30,338 bases of DNA from assembly GCA_051294375.1 (NCBI GenBank), contig JBJCIZ010000374.1:2760-33097 (forward strand). The letters run 5' to 3'. The notes beneath the pieces are model-generated. The model worked only from the letters and a program-made list of their open reading frames with translations, made no database searches and was not told the DNA's origin. The stretch comes from Paraspadella gotoi. Lineage: Eukaryota > Animalia > Chaetognatha. The position numbers were made by a program, and so were the translations under genes. Shown in pieces: positions 1 to 11,214 of the stretch. Numbering within the stretch: position 1 is the stretch's first letter; every line of letters starts with the position of its first letter.

Positions 1-116
1 AGTTGTCATTATTGTTATTATAAATTGTACTAATTTTTAAAAGAGTAGTTTTTATTTAAAACGATTTTACCAATATTTCATGAGAATTTGTTTCATTTTT
101 ACATTATATTGAATAA

Positions 117-512
117 AAATTGGATAGATAAATTGAATTGAAATTTTGTGTATGGGTAGGAAAGTATGATATTAAGCTAGAAATTTTTGATGGAATCATA
201 GGAGTGGAAAAGAGTTTAAAATAGAAAACCAAAAGACACATTTTTTTGAATTTTTAAAAGTTTCCCTCTCTGATTGATTGATCGATTGATTGATTAACCA
301 AATTATGTCAGTTGACCAAATTATTCAACTGACCAAATTCTGCCAGTTGACCAAATTATTCAACTGACCAAATTATGCCAGTTGACCAAATTATGCCAGT
401 TGAGCAAATTATGTCGGTTGTCCAAATTATGCCAGTTGAGCAAATTATGCCATTTGAGCAAATTATGCCAGTTGACCAAATTATGTCAGTTGACCAAATT
501 ATGTCAGTTGAC
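117..512 (+). repeat. Internal fragment of the DINE-1/HINE-like element: core repeat, (GATT)n and 18-bp minisatellite GTTGACCAAATTATGCCA
   Basis: Co-linear with 21780-22265; ~12 tandem 18-bp units at ~296-512. Confidence 0.8.
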
Positions 513-642
513 CTTGGGAGAAGAGCATTGCTTAATTCGGTCAGGGAGGTAAATGTTGGACGTAACTAACATTTCCTCACAAATTTTGGCCTACGAATTT
601 AAACGATTAAATTATTTAAATTTTTTTCATTCGCTTTATTTC

Positions 643-1379
643 TATGAAATTGGTACAACCAATATAAAAATTAATCCATTCATTTAATAAATAAGCTATC
701 TTGCCCCTGACTTTGGACAGGCTTTGGTGGTTTAAGGCCTCCATCACTCTTACAAGATAATGACATAGCAGGTCCCTGCAAGCTTTCAATCAAAACTCTC
801 TCACAGTCCCGTTTATTCACTCCCAGAGTGCCTGGCTTCCCGATCAATGAAGTGGAAAAATATTTCAAAGAATGTTTCATTGTATGAAAAGACACTCCCT
901 TAAGTATTAGATCGGGGAATACTTATTGTACTCCGCACTAGCATCACAATACAAGGAGCTGAATTTTATGAAATTGGTACAACCAAATATAAAATTATCC
1001 ATTCATTTAATAAATAAGCTATCTTGCCCCTGACTTTGGACAGGCTTTGGTGGTTTAAGGCCTCCATCACTCTTACAAGATAATGACATAGCAGGTCCCT
1101 GCAAGCTTTCAATCTAAACTCTCTCACAGTCCGTTATTCACTCCCAGAGTGCCTGGCTTCCCGATCAATGAAGTGGAAAATATTTCAAAGAATGTTTCAA
1201 TTGTATGAAAAGACCACTCCCTTAAGTATTAGATCGGGGAATACTTATTGTACTCCGCACTAGCATCACAATACAAGGAGCTGAATTTTATGAAATTGGT
1301 ACAACCAATATAAAAATTATCCATTCATTTAATAAATAAGCACTATCTTGCCCCTGACTTTGGACAGGCTTTGGTGGTT
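643..1379. repeat. Tandem repeat, ~323-bp unit, ~2.3 copies
   Basis: TATGAAATTGGTACAACC restarts at 643, 967 and 1289; copies differ almost only by small indels. The minus strand reads roughly VFPDLILKG(C)LF(H), weakly like the MULE transposase VFP..GCxFH motif. Confidence 0.85.
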
Positions 1380-1543
1380 ATGTTATTCTTCCTAGCGGGA
1401 TTTTTTTTAAACAAAAGGCACTTGTTTTGCAGGCAAAAAATTTCTTATATTTCTGAGAATTTAGTTACGTAAACTTTTAGACAGACGTATTTTAGTTACA
1501 GCAGTTTAGCTAATAGTACTTTAGTGAAACATCATCGTAAAAA

Positions 1544-2500
1544 ATGCCTCCGGTGTTACGTTCGTCATGCGTTGTTCATCTTGGAGACGTAAAATTCATC
1601 GCTACGTTGGAATTTCCCCCGGGTGTTCTTCCTTTGGAAGTTAATGTGATACAAGTAAGATAATTAATTATCATTGGTAAATAAGTTACCATATATATTG
1701 TGAATCTATACTTTTTGTATTAAAATCCCAGGCATTGCTCTATTATCATCGACAAAAAGTAAATCTCGCCGAAACAACAAGAATGATCGCGCTCAACCTC
1801 ATCGACCATTAGATTTTTTGTAATGTTTATCCAAAATCGTACAAAAGTATCAAATTACAAATCTCAAAACTGTGGGACGAATTTCAAAACTTTCAAAAAA
1901 CTGCTACGTCAGGCGCGACGAAAAATGGAAATCGAACCTTCAATTTTTTTACGATCGTATCTCTGCCCATCTTGACATCTACTGCAAAGATAAGATTAGC
2001 AAGAATCGGCAGGAAAGTTTTTATGGCGTGACAATGACCAAAGTAGAGAAAAATTTTTTAGAAGACCAAAGAAATGAGAGAAAAATGTTTTGTGACAGTT
2101 TTGTTGACTTACAATGAAAGAAAAGTCCGGAGAGGAAGGAGAAAGAATTGAAGTCGCTGGAGAAGAGGAAAAAAGAGGTGGCTCACGAAGAAATGTTAAA
2201 AAAAGTTGAATTGACTGACGAAATAGTGGGTGAGTTTTCCCAGCCTTCAACTTCATCTGACAACTCTGACGAAATGTTTATCCTGGACGAAATAGAACAG
2301 CCATTTTCCAAGCGACGAAAGCTATCTAAAGAAACAGATGGCGAAAGTGAGATTCCATAAAAATTTAGCCATTTATGAAAATCAATAAACCGAGTAAAAG
2401 GGGAATATTATGATACAATTTTCACCTTAAAATCAAAATATCATTGTTTTAATGCACAAGCGGTAGCCGGAGTTATTTTAACTGCAAGACATCTCTTTAT
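1544..2500 (+). pseudogene. N-terminal remnant of an hATm-like DNA transposase with one intron
   Basis: ATG 1544; phase-0 GTAAGA..CAG intron 1655-1731. Reads GVLPLEVNVIQ|ALLYYH..LIDH*IFCNVYP..HLDIYCKD..FLEDQRNERKMFCD, matching the LP/LFDI/FLxDQRxxRKM pattern I recall for hATm-type transposases. Contains stops and a frameshift; no catalytic domain. Confidence 0.6.
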
Positions 2501-2620
2501 TTGCGCTCGATCAAATTGTCGAAAAAATAATTAATTCTGACTCTAAAACGTCAATCACCTACCATGAAAAAGCTCGAAAAAGCAGGGAACGGGTGCTTTT
2601 TCTGTCCAAGGAATATCTGT

Positions 2621-3010
2621 TGTAACGGATTGAGAGAGAGAGGGAGTTCCACAAGGGGGGACGGGGATAAAAGGAGGAGGGCGGGAAGCCATCCGTGAGG
2701 CGATTCTCCGAGAGTCGCCTTTTCCGCGAATCGCCTTTTTCCGCGAACTGTGAAGTTCGGAAAATAGAGAGAGGGAGAGAGACAGGGAAATAGAAGGAGG
2801 AGAAGATATATAAATTATAAGTCAAGGAGGAAAAGTAGAGAGAGACGTGAGAAATAAACTAGTAAAAAATTTTTAATGTTTTCACCTACTTGTAATAAAA
2901 AAAATAGAATCAAATAAACTCAAAACTACCTTCTTCTTTTTAAAACTTTCACGCTAAAGCCAAACGGTTCACGCCGAGCTAGCAAGTTGTTTGTAGCGTT
3001 AGATGCTACA
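2621..3010 (+). repeat. 5' LTR of the Gypsy element
   Basis: TGTAAC...GCTACA termini, TATA-like TATATAAA at ~2807, several AATAAA, and the CA end 4 nt before the PBS. The 5' boundary is inferred because there is no second copy. Confidence 0.7.
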
Positions 3011-3014
3011 AAAT

Positions 3015-3031
3015 TGGCGACCTTGCCAGGA
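3015..3031 (+). promoter_or_regulatory. Primer-binding site, tRNA-Arg type
   Basis: TGGCGACCTTGCCAGGA is complementary to a tRNA 3' end UCCUGGCAAGGUCG-CCA, close to metazoan tRNA-Arg(ACG). tRNA-Arg priming is known for 412/mdg1-group elements. Confidence 0.75.
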
Positions 3032-3033
3032 TA

Positions 3034-3537
3034 GTGGCGAACGCAACTCGCACTCTGGCTCCTGAGGAGACCAGCCTTCTCTACGCTTCCGTCATCAATT
3101 CCATCCTCGTTCTTTTGGAGATTTTTCTGGCGGGTCTGCTAATTCGATATGGCAGAAGGGTCGCCAGAGCCCCCAGTCCCTGGGGAGTCGCCTTTGTTGA
3201 GGCACCTGACATTGGAACCACACCAGTCCCCGCTGCCGGGAATCCATCAACTCCTATCAACCCAACCACGCCCACAGGAGCGGATAGTGAGAGAGCGGAG
3301 CCCATCATCCCAAGCTTCTCCACTCCCCGACGTCGTTCCCCACCACCCGAGCATTGCCTCACCATCCGAAGATCAAGGGGAACTTGTCCGCAGCCTTACC
3401 AGGCTTTCACTGTTAGTCGGAGACTTGGTTACGCGTCAGGAGAGCTTCAGCCAACAAATGGGGGTGGTGATGGAAGAACTCAACAACAACAATCGATCGG
3501 AGGTGAGCGAGGAGGTAGTGGTGGAGGAGCTGGTTGA
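3034..3537 (+). CDS. Single-pass transmembrane ORF upstream of and overlapping gag (GTG start)
   Basis: 14-aa N-terminus with NAT sequon, hydrophobic LLYASVINSILVLLEIFLAGLLI, basic RYGRRVAR, then a Pro/Thr-rich tail. Confidence 0.55.
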   Translation: MANATRTLAPEETSLLYASVINSILVLLEIFLAGLLIRYGRRVARAPSPWGVAFVEAPDIGTTPVPAAGNPSTPINPTTPTGADSERAEPIIPSFSTPRRRSPPPEHCLTIRRSRGTCPQPYQAFTVSRRLGYASGELQPTNGGGDGRTQQQQSIGGERGGSGGGAG

Positions 3538-3940
3538 TGAAGTGGACATGCCTGCGCCGGCGAGCAATCCGGCTGGGGCCGTCGCAGAGAGTGAGGAAAG
3601 AGCAGCTGGAGGAGCGCCGGTAGCCAAGGTAGCATCGGGGCAGCCGGTGGCTGCTGTGGAGGTTCCGGTCACCGCGGGAGGGAGCAGCGCAACCCTTCGT
3701 CTCACTGCGCCGGTGAAACCTGACTTTCCTCGTTATGCTGTTGGAGATTCCATTCGCTCCTTCTCGGCAGCGTTTGAGGGTAAAACGGGAAAACACCAAC
3801 CATTCAAACCACTTTGTGGGATGGAAAAGAAAAGTGGATTCGTCAAAAAGAAGATGGGCAAGAAGGGAGGGAACTTCAAAGGAAAGGAGAACATCCCTCC
3901 AAGGATGACAAATAATCACCAATCTCCGCCATCTGTTTAG
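3149..3940 (+). pseudogene. gag: Gag, internally deleted
   Basis: Lies between PBS and protease. A helical segment and the capsid-start-like DFPRYAVGDSIRSFSAAFE are followed abruptly (~3780) by a basic C-terminal part, so most of the capsid is missing. Confidence 0.65.
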
Positions 3941-4047
3941 GCAGAGAGGACTTGGGCGGGTCGACGGAAGATCTGCCCACTGGAGGTGGCGAGGAGAACG
4001 CGACTTCCGGATGTAGGGATCAACGTGGCGAGAGACTGTAGGAGGAG

Positions 4048-6498
4048 GTGACTGGCATTCGTTCGTCAACGGGATCGGTCGTGGAGGAGCCCATTACCAG
4101 ACATCAACCGGGTCACGATGTCAATCGATTGGCGCCCTCGACGCTGGAAGAAACTGTCCAAGGAATCTCTTTCACCTCGTGCCCAGACGAAGCCCAAACC
4201 GACTCCGAGGGATCTCGAATGTCTTCTCCAACTGTTTGTACAAAGGATTCCGGTGAGGGGAATGGGGAAACAATATATTTAGTAAAACCCGATATTCCCG
4301 GTCCATATCTGCCTATATCTTTTGGTAGTAAAAACTTGGACCCTGTGCATGTTATGTTGGATACGGGGAGTAATGTCAATATCGTTTCTATAAATATATT
4401 AGAAAAATCAGGGTTTCTGGTAAAACTATCACCAAGCCATTTAAATTTGGTAGGGATAGGGGGAGGTGGTTTAAATCTCCTTGGGGAGACCTCTTGTTTC
4501 ATAAACAATTATTCACAAAAAATTAGATTTCATGTTGTAAAGGAATTCGGTTTATGCATATTGGGTCTAACGGGTATGAAACGTTTTAAAATGCAAATTA
4601 ATCTTAATGTGGGTTTGGTCGTGTGCAATAATATGGCTATAAAATATAAAACAAATAATATCCAAATGGCTGAAACGGCAAGGATTCACGCTGTGACGAC
4701 GCGATCTGAGTGTAATCTCAAGTTAGAAGGGAAAGAGATGATAACTTACCTAAAGCTCACCGAAGGAGTCCAGGGTGATATTTGGAAGATTGACTGCGGA
4801 TTCGCCTGTAGGCGATATGGAATCATTATTTCCCGAGCAGTAATCAAAAGACAGGAATCAGGGATGGTACCTGTGGTCATAAAAAATTGGTATACACAAC
4901 CAATAAAATTATATCGAAACTGCACTATGGGAGTAGCTTCCCATAGTGAGATCATAATGGACCCGAGTGATGAAAAACCTTAGATCGATCTTAAGCCAGA
5001 TCCTGAGGATGGTGGGAATTGAAGTTAGCCCAGATGACCATCCTGTGGATAAGATCGACCCGAGCCATTTGAAAGGTAAACAAAAGGAGCATTGAGGCTC
5101 TGCTCAAGAGAAAATATAAAGCGGTATCAAGAGGAGAATGGGATTTAGGAAAACACATTTGTAGAGCATCACATTGAAATAGATAGACCAAACCAGGTCA
5201 TGAGGCTATTGTCGACCCTCCTAGACGTTACCCTTTAGAAAAACAAAAAGCCATCCGAGAGCATATTGAAAAACTTAGAACAATATAATTGAGGCATGTA
5301 AGAGTAGCCATTGTGCTTTTCCCATCTTGGCGAGCAAGCGGAAAAAGGATGGCACATTGGAAAAGAATGCTCGTATGGCTATCGATTATAGGAAATTAAA
5401 TAGCTATTCAATTCCCGTGTCCGCTTTAATACCAAATATGGCGGACGTTATCATGAGTGTTTCAGGGAATGGAAACCGTTGGTTTTCATCAATAGATCTT
5501 ACAAGTGCATTCTTTAATGTGGTTCTGGATGAGGCAAGTAGGCCATATACGACTTTCCAATCGCCAAATGGGGAGACATAGCAGTTTCTGAGATGTCCCT
5601 TTGGATTGATTAGTTCGCCAAGCACTTTTGCTTTGTTGGCAGCAAAGGTTCTGGCTGGAATTTCGTGGCAAAGTGCCTTGGCTTACCTTGACGTTATCAT
5701 TATCTTTTCGTCATCTTTTGAAGACCACTTGGAGCATGTTGAAGAGGTCCTGTGCCGCCTGGAATTGGCGGGTCTAAAGGCTAAGCCCTCAAAAATGACC
5801 TTGTTCAAAAACTCAATCCATATATTGGGTCATGAGGTCAGCCCCGAAGGGGTCAGGGCCGATGAGACAAAATTAATTGCCGTTAAGCACTGGCCAGTAC
5901 CAAAAACTGTTAAGCAGGTACAATCTTTTGTGGCCTTTGCCAATTTCTATTGGAGGTTTGTGCCACGGTTTTTGGGCATTACAAAGCCTTTGTATAGGCT
6001 CTCAGAGAAAGATGTTCCATTTGAATGGAATGAAAATTATCAACAGGCTTTTGAGGAGTTGAAAAGGTTGTTGTGCGCAGACACTTGTCTGGCGCCGCCT
6101 GACTTTGAAAAAGAATTCCATTTGTCCATAGATTGGTCAAATGTGGCTGTAGGATATGTATTGAGTCAGAAGTGTGATCGCACGGGAAAAATAAGACCGA
6201 TACTCTATGGGTCACAAGCCCATAAGGGAGTTCAGACTGATCCTAAAAGGGAAAGGAGTATTGATTCCTCCTATTTGGGAGAATATAAGGCTCTCCTCAC
6301 GGCTCTATCAGGATGTAAGGCATACCTTCTAGCTAAAGGGAACTTCACTGTCCATACCGACTGCGGTAGCCTTCTATATTTACTCCATTCTTGGTATTTA
6401 TTCTGCGATGTCTGGGGAAGATTGCCAAATTCGGAAAAGATTGGAAAATTGTCTGTTCAGGAATCCGAAATGTTGCTGCAGATGCAATGTCGCGCATC
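4048..6498 (+). pseudogene. pol: Pol: protease, reverse transcriptase, RNase H (disrupted)
   Basis: PR: MLDTGS, ILG. RT: PPRRYP, RMAIDYRKLN, IDLTSAF, CPFGL, YLDV (YLDD mutated), LGH. RH: IDWSNVAVGYVL, TVHTDC, NVAADAMSR (after a frameshift). Stop at 5579-5581 and several frameshifts. Confidence 0.95.
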
Positions 6499-6780
6499 GT
6501 GGAGGCGTGGGTTCGAATCCCACCGCTGCCACCAAGTGGAGGATAGTATTTTTAGTAGAAAATAATTCGACGCCAAGGTGAAATTGAAGGAGAATTTATT
6601 TAGTGTAACATCGAAGGGAAAGAAATAATAATAATGAGCGCGAGAATAAAATAACAATGACTTTTATATGAACTACTTTGTTTATCAAAGTAGGAATGTA
6701 AACGAGAATGGAATTTTAGGCCGAGAGAAATATTATTTACATTTTTGTAATTTACTGAATTCTTTCTCCCAATCTTCACT
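6499..6780 (-). mobile_element. Inserted LTR-like unit (6535-6780, AGT..ACT ends) plus tRNA-Leu-complementary tail, 5-bp TSD GCATC
   Basis: GCATC at 6494-6498 and 6781-6785; removing the insert restores ADAMSRIRLDVPPTG. Termini AGTGGAG/CTTCACT. Minus-strand AATAAA at ~6595-6600. Confidence 0.85.
6501..6534 (+). pseudogene. 3' fragment of mature tRNA-Leu including CCA
   Basis: GGAGGCGTGGGTTCGAATCCCACCGCTGCCA+CCA matches the T arm and acceptor 3' strand of metazoan tRNA-Leu(AAG/TAG type). Confidence 0.9.
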
Positions 6781-8282
6781 GCATCAGGTTAGATGTTCCA
6801 CCCACAGGGACTTGGGAGGAGATCTGTAGCAACAAAAAGAAAATCAGTGAGAGAATCGCGCCGGTAATCACAAGGAGCGCTTGGGAAGCTGAGAAGGCTG
6901 ACCCTGCAGCCGTCCTGAACCCTGATCAAGTTCAGGAGCCAGCAAAATTGACAGATTGGCGCAATTGGCAGGAAACGGACGAAGACCTGCTGGTATTGAA
7001 AAAATGGCTAACGGAGGGAGCTCCGGGAAGAGCCCAAGCCCGATGGAATAGTCCGGCTTTGAGATCATATTATGCATCGTTACCACAGTTTAGTCTGCAT
7101 GACGGAGTCATTGTCAGAAAATGGACTGACGCCATGGACCCAGATAAAGAGCTCAATTTACCAGTGGTGCCAGAGGATCGTGTGGTTGAATTATTATTCA
7201 ATGCTCATGAACTCCAAGGGCATCCAGGGGTCACTAGGATGCGGGATGTAATCAAGGATAAGTACTATTGGTACTCACGCGATGTCACCATAAATGAATA
7301 TGTGATGACATGCAACATTTGTGCCAGGAAAGCAAACCTCAGGGCACCCTTAGTCCAGGACAAAGCTTCGTTTTTCAATGAACGAGTAGCTATAGATATT
7401 AAGGTAATTGTATTGAACTAAGTTCGGAGAAGTGGCGTCTTTGAATTCTAACTGACTGGACTAATTCTGCGCATTGAAGACCAAATGGAATCGGGTATAA
7501 AATGGCGCAGAAGAGACGATGGCGCCGGTCCAGACGCCCTGGAGATGCTGACGACAAAGTCTCAGTAGACGACGTCGGCTAAGGCCGAAATGACGACTGT
7601 CTACGAAGCCCAGGACTTGACAAATGTTGATGTAAGTCTGAAGAAGAGTTTAAGTTAGAAGTCCTGGGCAAGAATAACAAAACATTTAGTACAAACTCAG
7701 CAAATATATAAATTTAAAGTGTCTTTCTTACTTGTTTCTGAAGCCAATAATAAACAAAATAGAGATGCTTCTCTTCATAGAAAAGTCCACCAAACCAGCG
7801 ATCACACAAAAATAAGATTCCGAGATATCTGAATAAGAGAATTTCTATGCTCTGAAAAGAACTAAAAACCCAGTGACAACTTTGAGATCTGAAGATGCCA
7901 CGTGGCCAAATTCGATAAGAATCTTAATCGAAATCCATCGAAATCACGGGCACCAATCAGAATCAGCTGTACACTGCCTTCGGAATTCTGTACTTAGGTA
8001 TAAACAAAAGAAAGAGCCTAAAGATGTCGTGTCGATCGCTAGAATGGAAGCATTTTCGATGTCAGTAATAAAGAGCAAAAGAGCAACGGGGAAAAGGTAG
8101 AGAAGCTGGATTTCCTCGTAATATTAGAGATAGTTATTTCGTAACAGTAATGACAAAACCATCGAGACATGGTTTTGTGGCAATCTTATTGATAGTAGAT
8201 TATTTCACTAGATTTGTGTCACTGACAAATCTAAAATCACAGACCGCAGAGGAAGTGTGGACGGCCTACATGGACAACTGGT
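6781..8282 (+). pseudogene. pol: Integrase N-terminal part, copy 1 (split by solo LTR, truncated)
   Basis: HHCC motif AHELQGHPG..CNIC; ERVAIDIK | VMTKPSRHGFVAILLIVDYFTRF; ends at MDNW. Confidence 0.9.
7409..8146. mobile_element. Solo LTR (738 bp) of another family, TSD GTAAT
   Basis: TGTATTGAA...TTCGTAACA termini; GTAAT at 7404-7408 and 8147-8151; removal restores the integrase frame. Confidence 0.9.
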
Positions 8283-8424
8283 CCTTGACACAAGCTTAAC
8301 TCATATAAATGTAAAACAAAATTTGAAGCAAACTTAATTAAAACGAACTTAACTTTAAAATGAATAAAAGATCACGTAAAAAAAATTCGAGTAGAAATAA
8401 AAATCATTAAGATCACCGTAAATA

Positions 8425-9032
8425 AAGGAGTCCGTGATGCCTAGTCTCTGAAATTCACGACGCGCGAATCGATGCTCCATCGCTGATTGCCGCGGGGAGC
8501 TCTGGCCCTCAATCTTTGTTGCCGCAATAGCATCGTTGCGGTGACGGCCGCGATCGGACGTCGGGGAACATCCCTTGCTTCTAAACCAAGTCGCGGCGGG
8601 CGCAGCATCAAGGACGCCGACGCCTCACTTTTGAGATGATCATCGCGTGTTAATCTTCCACTCGTTTGGATAAGACTCAGAGAACGGAGATGTGAAAAGG
8701 TCTTTTACTGTTAAGAGTTTGCCCACTCTGCGGGAGTCCCTCCGTCTTCCGCCCCGTCGCACACTACTTGGAGTAGCAGGAAGCTGGCGTCAGCCACAGC
8801 GTCGTCCACTTCACAAGACCGCATAACGGGAGGGCTGTGACCCAGTCATAGGGCCCGCAAGTTCAGCCTAGGCCTGAGGCCCGTGGCTTCGTCGTGGGCT
8901 CTTAGCCCTAAAGTCAATCTGAAAATGGTGACATAGTTGACGTGACTAATGACGTGACTAATAGCGTGACATCCTGCTTACTGCCGTCGTAAAAAGGCCG
9001 TTTGTGGACAGGTAGGAAGCCTATGGTCTACA
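8425..9032. other. Unclassified GC-rich island, possibly an LTR or retroelement fragment
   Basis: Sharp GC contrast with flanks; ends in ..GGTCTACA (TGTAG on minus); three tandem (GA)CGTGACTAAT-type units at 8938-8970. Confidence 0.3.
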
Positions 9033-9737
9033 TCTTTGGCCAACTAGTATTTGAACTGGAAGAGAAAACTGGAGGGAAAGTAATCAAAACGAACTATCAA
9101 AGCTATGAAAAAACTATAGAAAAAACTAAAGAGCAACGACAATATCTGTACATCATAAGTACAATCATTAGTTAGAGAACTACTGAACGTTTTTTTGTTT
9201 ATAAGTTTCAGTTCATTTTAATTTATTCTATATTTAAAGTTAAATTCTTTGCCCAACAGAGTAAAATTGACAAAAAAAGTCATTCTAAGCATGTTATTGA
9301 TAAACAGGACATAAATTTTATAACATAAGAAATCGCTAAAAATGTTTCAGTCAATGGCGTATCTGAATTCTCGTAACATTTTGTAAATTCTAAGTTTCTT
9401 TGCACAGTTCGTCGAAAAAAGTCGAAAAAAGCATGTTCTTAACTATCGTGAAAAATTATTTTATATCATATGAAATCCAAGTTAATGCTTTATTTAATGG
9501 TGTAAATGAATTCAATTGATACTTTTGAGGAGAAATTAATTTAGAATTTTTTAAATATAAAATACTTTTTACTGAAAATGAATTGGATGATCGTCAAAAA
9601 AGGTTTTTTTAAGTAAAGATTAAATTAATTTTAGAAAATTAGGATATAATAAACGTCTAGTAGATGGCTATAACTTATAGCAAGACATATAGTATAAATA
9701 TATATAGTATAAATAGAAGAGAAAAATTTGAAGATGT

Positions 9738-9968
9738 GAAGAGACAGTAATTAATGTTATGTGTTAGTGACAGAACCGTTCAATATAAGCAGTCCCTGAG
9801 CTTCGGATCAGGCTGTAACACCAATGTTACAGCGGGTTAAGCGCCCCGTCCTCCTTAACTGCTAGGCGGCCACCGGGCTACAACCCCGGACCTTTGGGTT
9901 GGGCGGCGAATGACTTGCCTCCGGCACCAATGCCGCTGAATGAACGGTTGGTGGATTTTAGTCCACCA
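9738..9968 (-). mobile_element. tRNA-derived SINE family 1, copy A
   Basis: Inverted homolog of 10638-10863; A-box-like TGGTGCCGGAGG, B-box-like GGTTGTAGCCC. Confidence 0.7.
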
Positions 9969-10322
9969 TAAAGTTCATTATGAGAAATGGTAAGCACTTT
10001 TTTTTTTGGTGTCACTAGCGAATGGACACATGGAAATCACAACAAGAAAACGTAAATATACTTATTCCAAAAAAAGTGCAATTAATTTAATAGATAGTTC
10101 AAGATAATAGAAGCAAGCTCACTAAATTTGTTTTAAAATATTTATAAAATGTAATACAAAAAATAAAATATATAATGACGAAATATATAATATAACTTGC
10201 CTAACTATATTAACTATGCCCTAAAAAGCTAAAAAAATTACATGGATCACAAACAACGCAATATTCAGCGTTTACAACGAAAATGAATTTTTTTAAAAGT
10301 TGAACAATGGTAAAAGCGCGAC

Positions 10323-10935
10323 GGCGATCCGGAGTTGAATTCGCTCTGGAGGCTATGGAAAAACGAAGAGAAAGAAGAGGAAAAAATAAAGTTTGTTTCT
10401 TTACGGAAAAAAAAATTTAAGACCGTAACAACCAATGATATTAAAAACATTTTAAGCTTTACGAGCTAAGGATTTCTTTTTTAATTCTTTAAAAAATTTA
10501 ATTATAATATTTTTTTTATTACCTTTGATAGATATTTATAAAATAAGTTTTTATTTGTGATAACCACGATTATTTAATAATTGGATATGTTTTTGGTTCT
10601 TGTTTTTGATCCTTCATCAACCAGTTTAATAGTTTTATAGTGGACTAAAATCCACCATTCATCAGAGGCCATTGGTGCCGGAGGCAAGTCATTCGCCTCC
10701 AACTCAAAGGTCCGGGGTTCTAGCCGGTGGTCGTCTGGCATGTTAAGAGGCACGGGGCGCTTAACCCGCCCTGTAACATGGTGTTACAGCTTGATCGAAG
10801 CTCAGGGACTGCTTATATTGAACAGTTCTGTCACTAACATATATCAATAATTACTGTTTCTTCAGTTTTAATAAATATTTGGATACTAACTTTGAGAGAT
10901 AGAGAGAGAGCAATTTTAACCTTGATATCTCTCAC
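10323..10935 (-). repeat. Interspersed repeat with Penelope pLTR-like segment, interrupted by a SINE
   Basis: Inverted homolog of 12352-12755; degenerate hammerhead-like motif at 10579-10627. Confidence 0.65.
10638..10863 (+). mobile_element. tRNA-derived SINE family 1, copy B, TSD AGTTTTA
   Basis: AGTTTTA at 10631-10637 and 10864-10870; the empty site is visible in the paralog at ~12418-12433; A and B boxes present. Confidence 0.8.
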
Positions 10936-11214
10936 TCTTTCCGAATTATTAAATGACCCTTGTAATCATAAATAAAATTCTGTTACTTAAATAAATATTA
11001 TTATTATATTTTTTATAAATTTATTAATATTTAAATATTCTTTTTTGAATATTAAATTATTATATACTTAAGAAAAAGGGTCATTCAATTCAACTTCAAA
11101 ATAGGCCAAAATGGAGTACAAATTCAGAAAGCAGAGCTCCTGGCGATTCCGAAAATGTATTCACTTTAAACATTTGATATCGGTTTTAATTTATAATATA
11201 AAAAAAAGAAACCT

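Noticed and set aside
375-569. 64-aa ORF of (MPVDQI)n repeats; CRISPR-like regularity
   Set aside because: It is the translation of an 18-bp minisatellite; there are no unique spacers and the context is eukaryotic.
4090-4135. Gag zinc knuckle at HQPGHDVNR
   Set aside because: GH is present but the cysteines are not recoverable.
6501-6534. Functional tRNA-Leu gene
   Set aside because: Only the 3' half is present, with encoded CCA and no A box or anticodon arm.
6500-6565. C-terminus of the 319-aa ORF as real Pol sequence
   Set aside because: It is out of frame after ~6390 and reads into the insert.
7873-8100. ORFs within the solo LTRs (also 15000-15727)
   Set aside because: Non-coding LTR; frames differ between the two copies.
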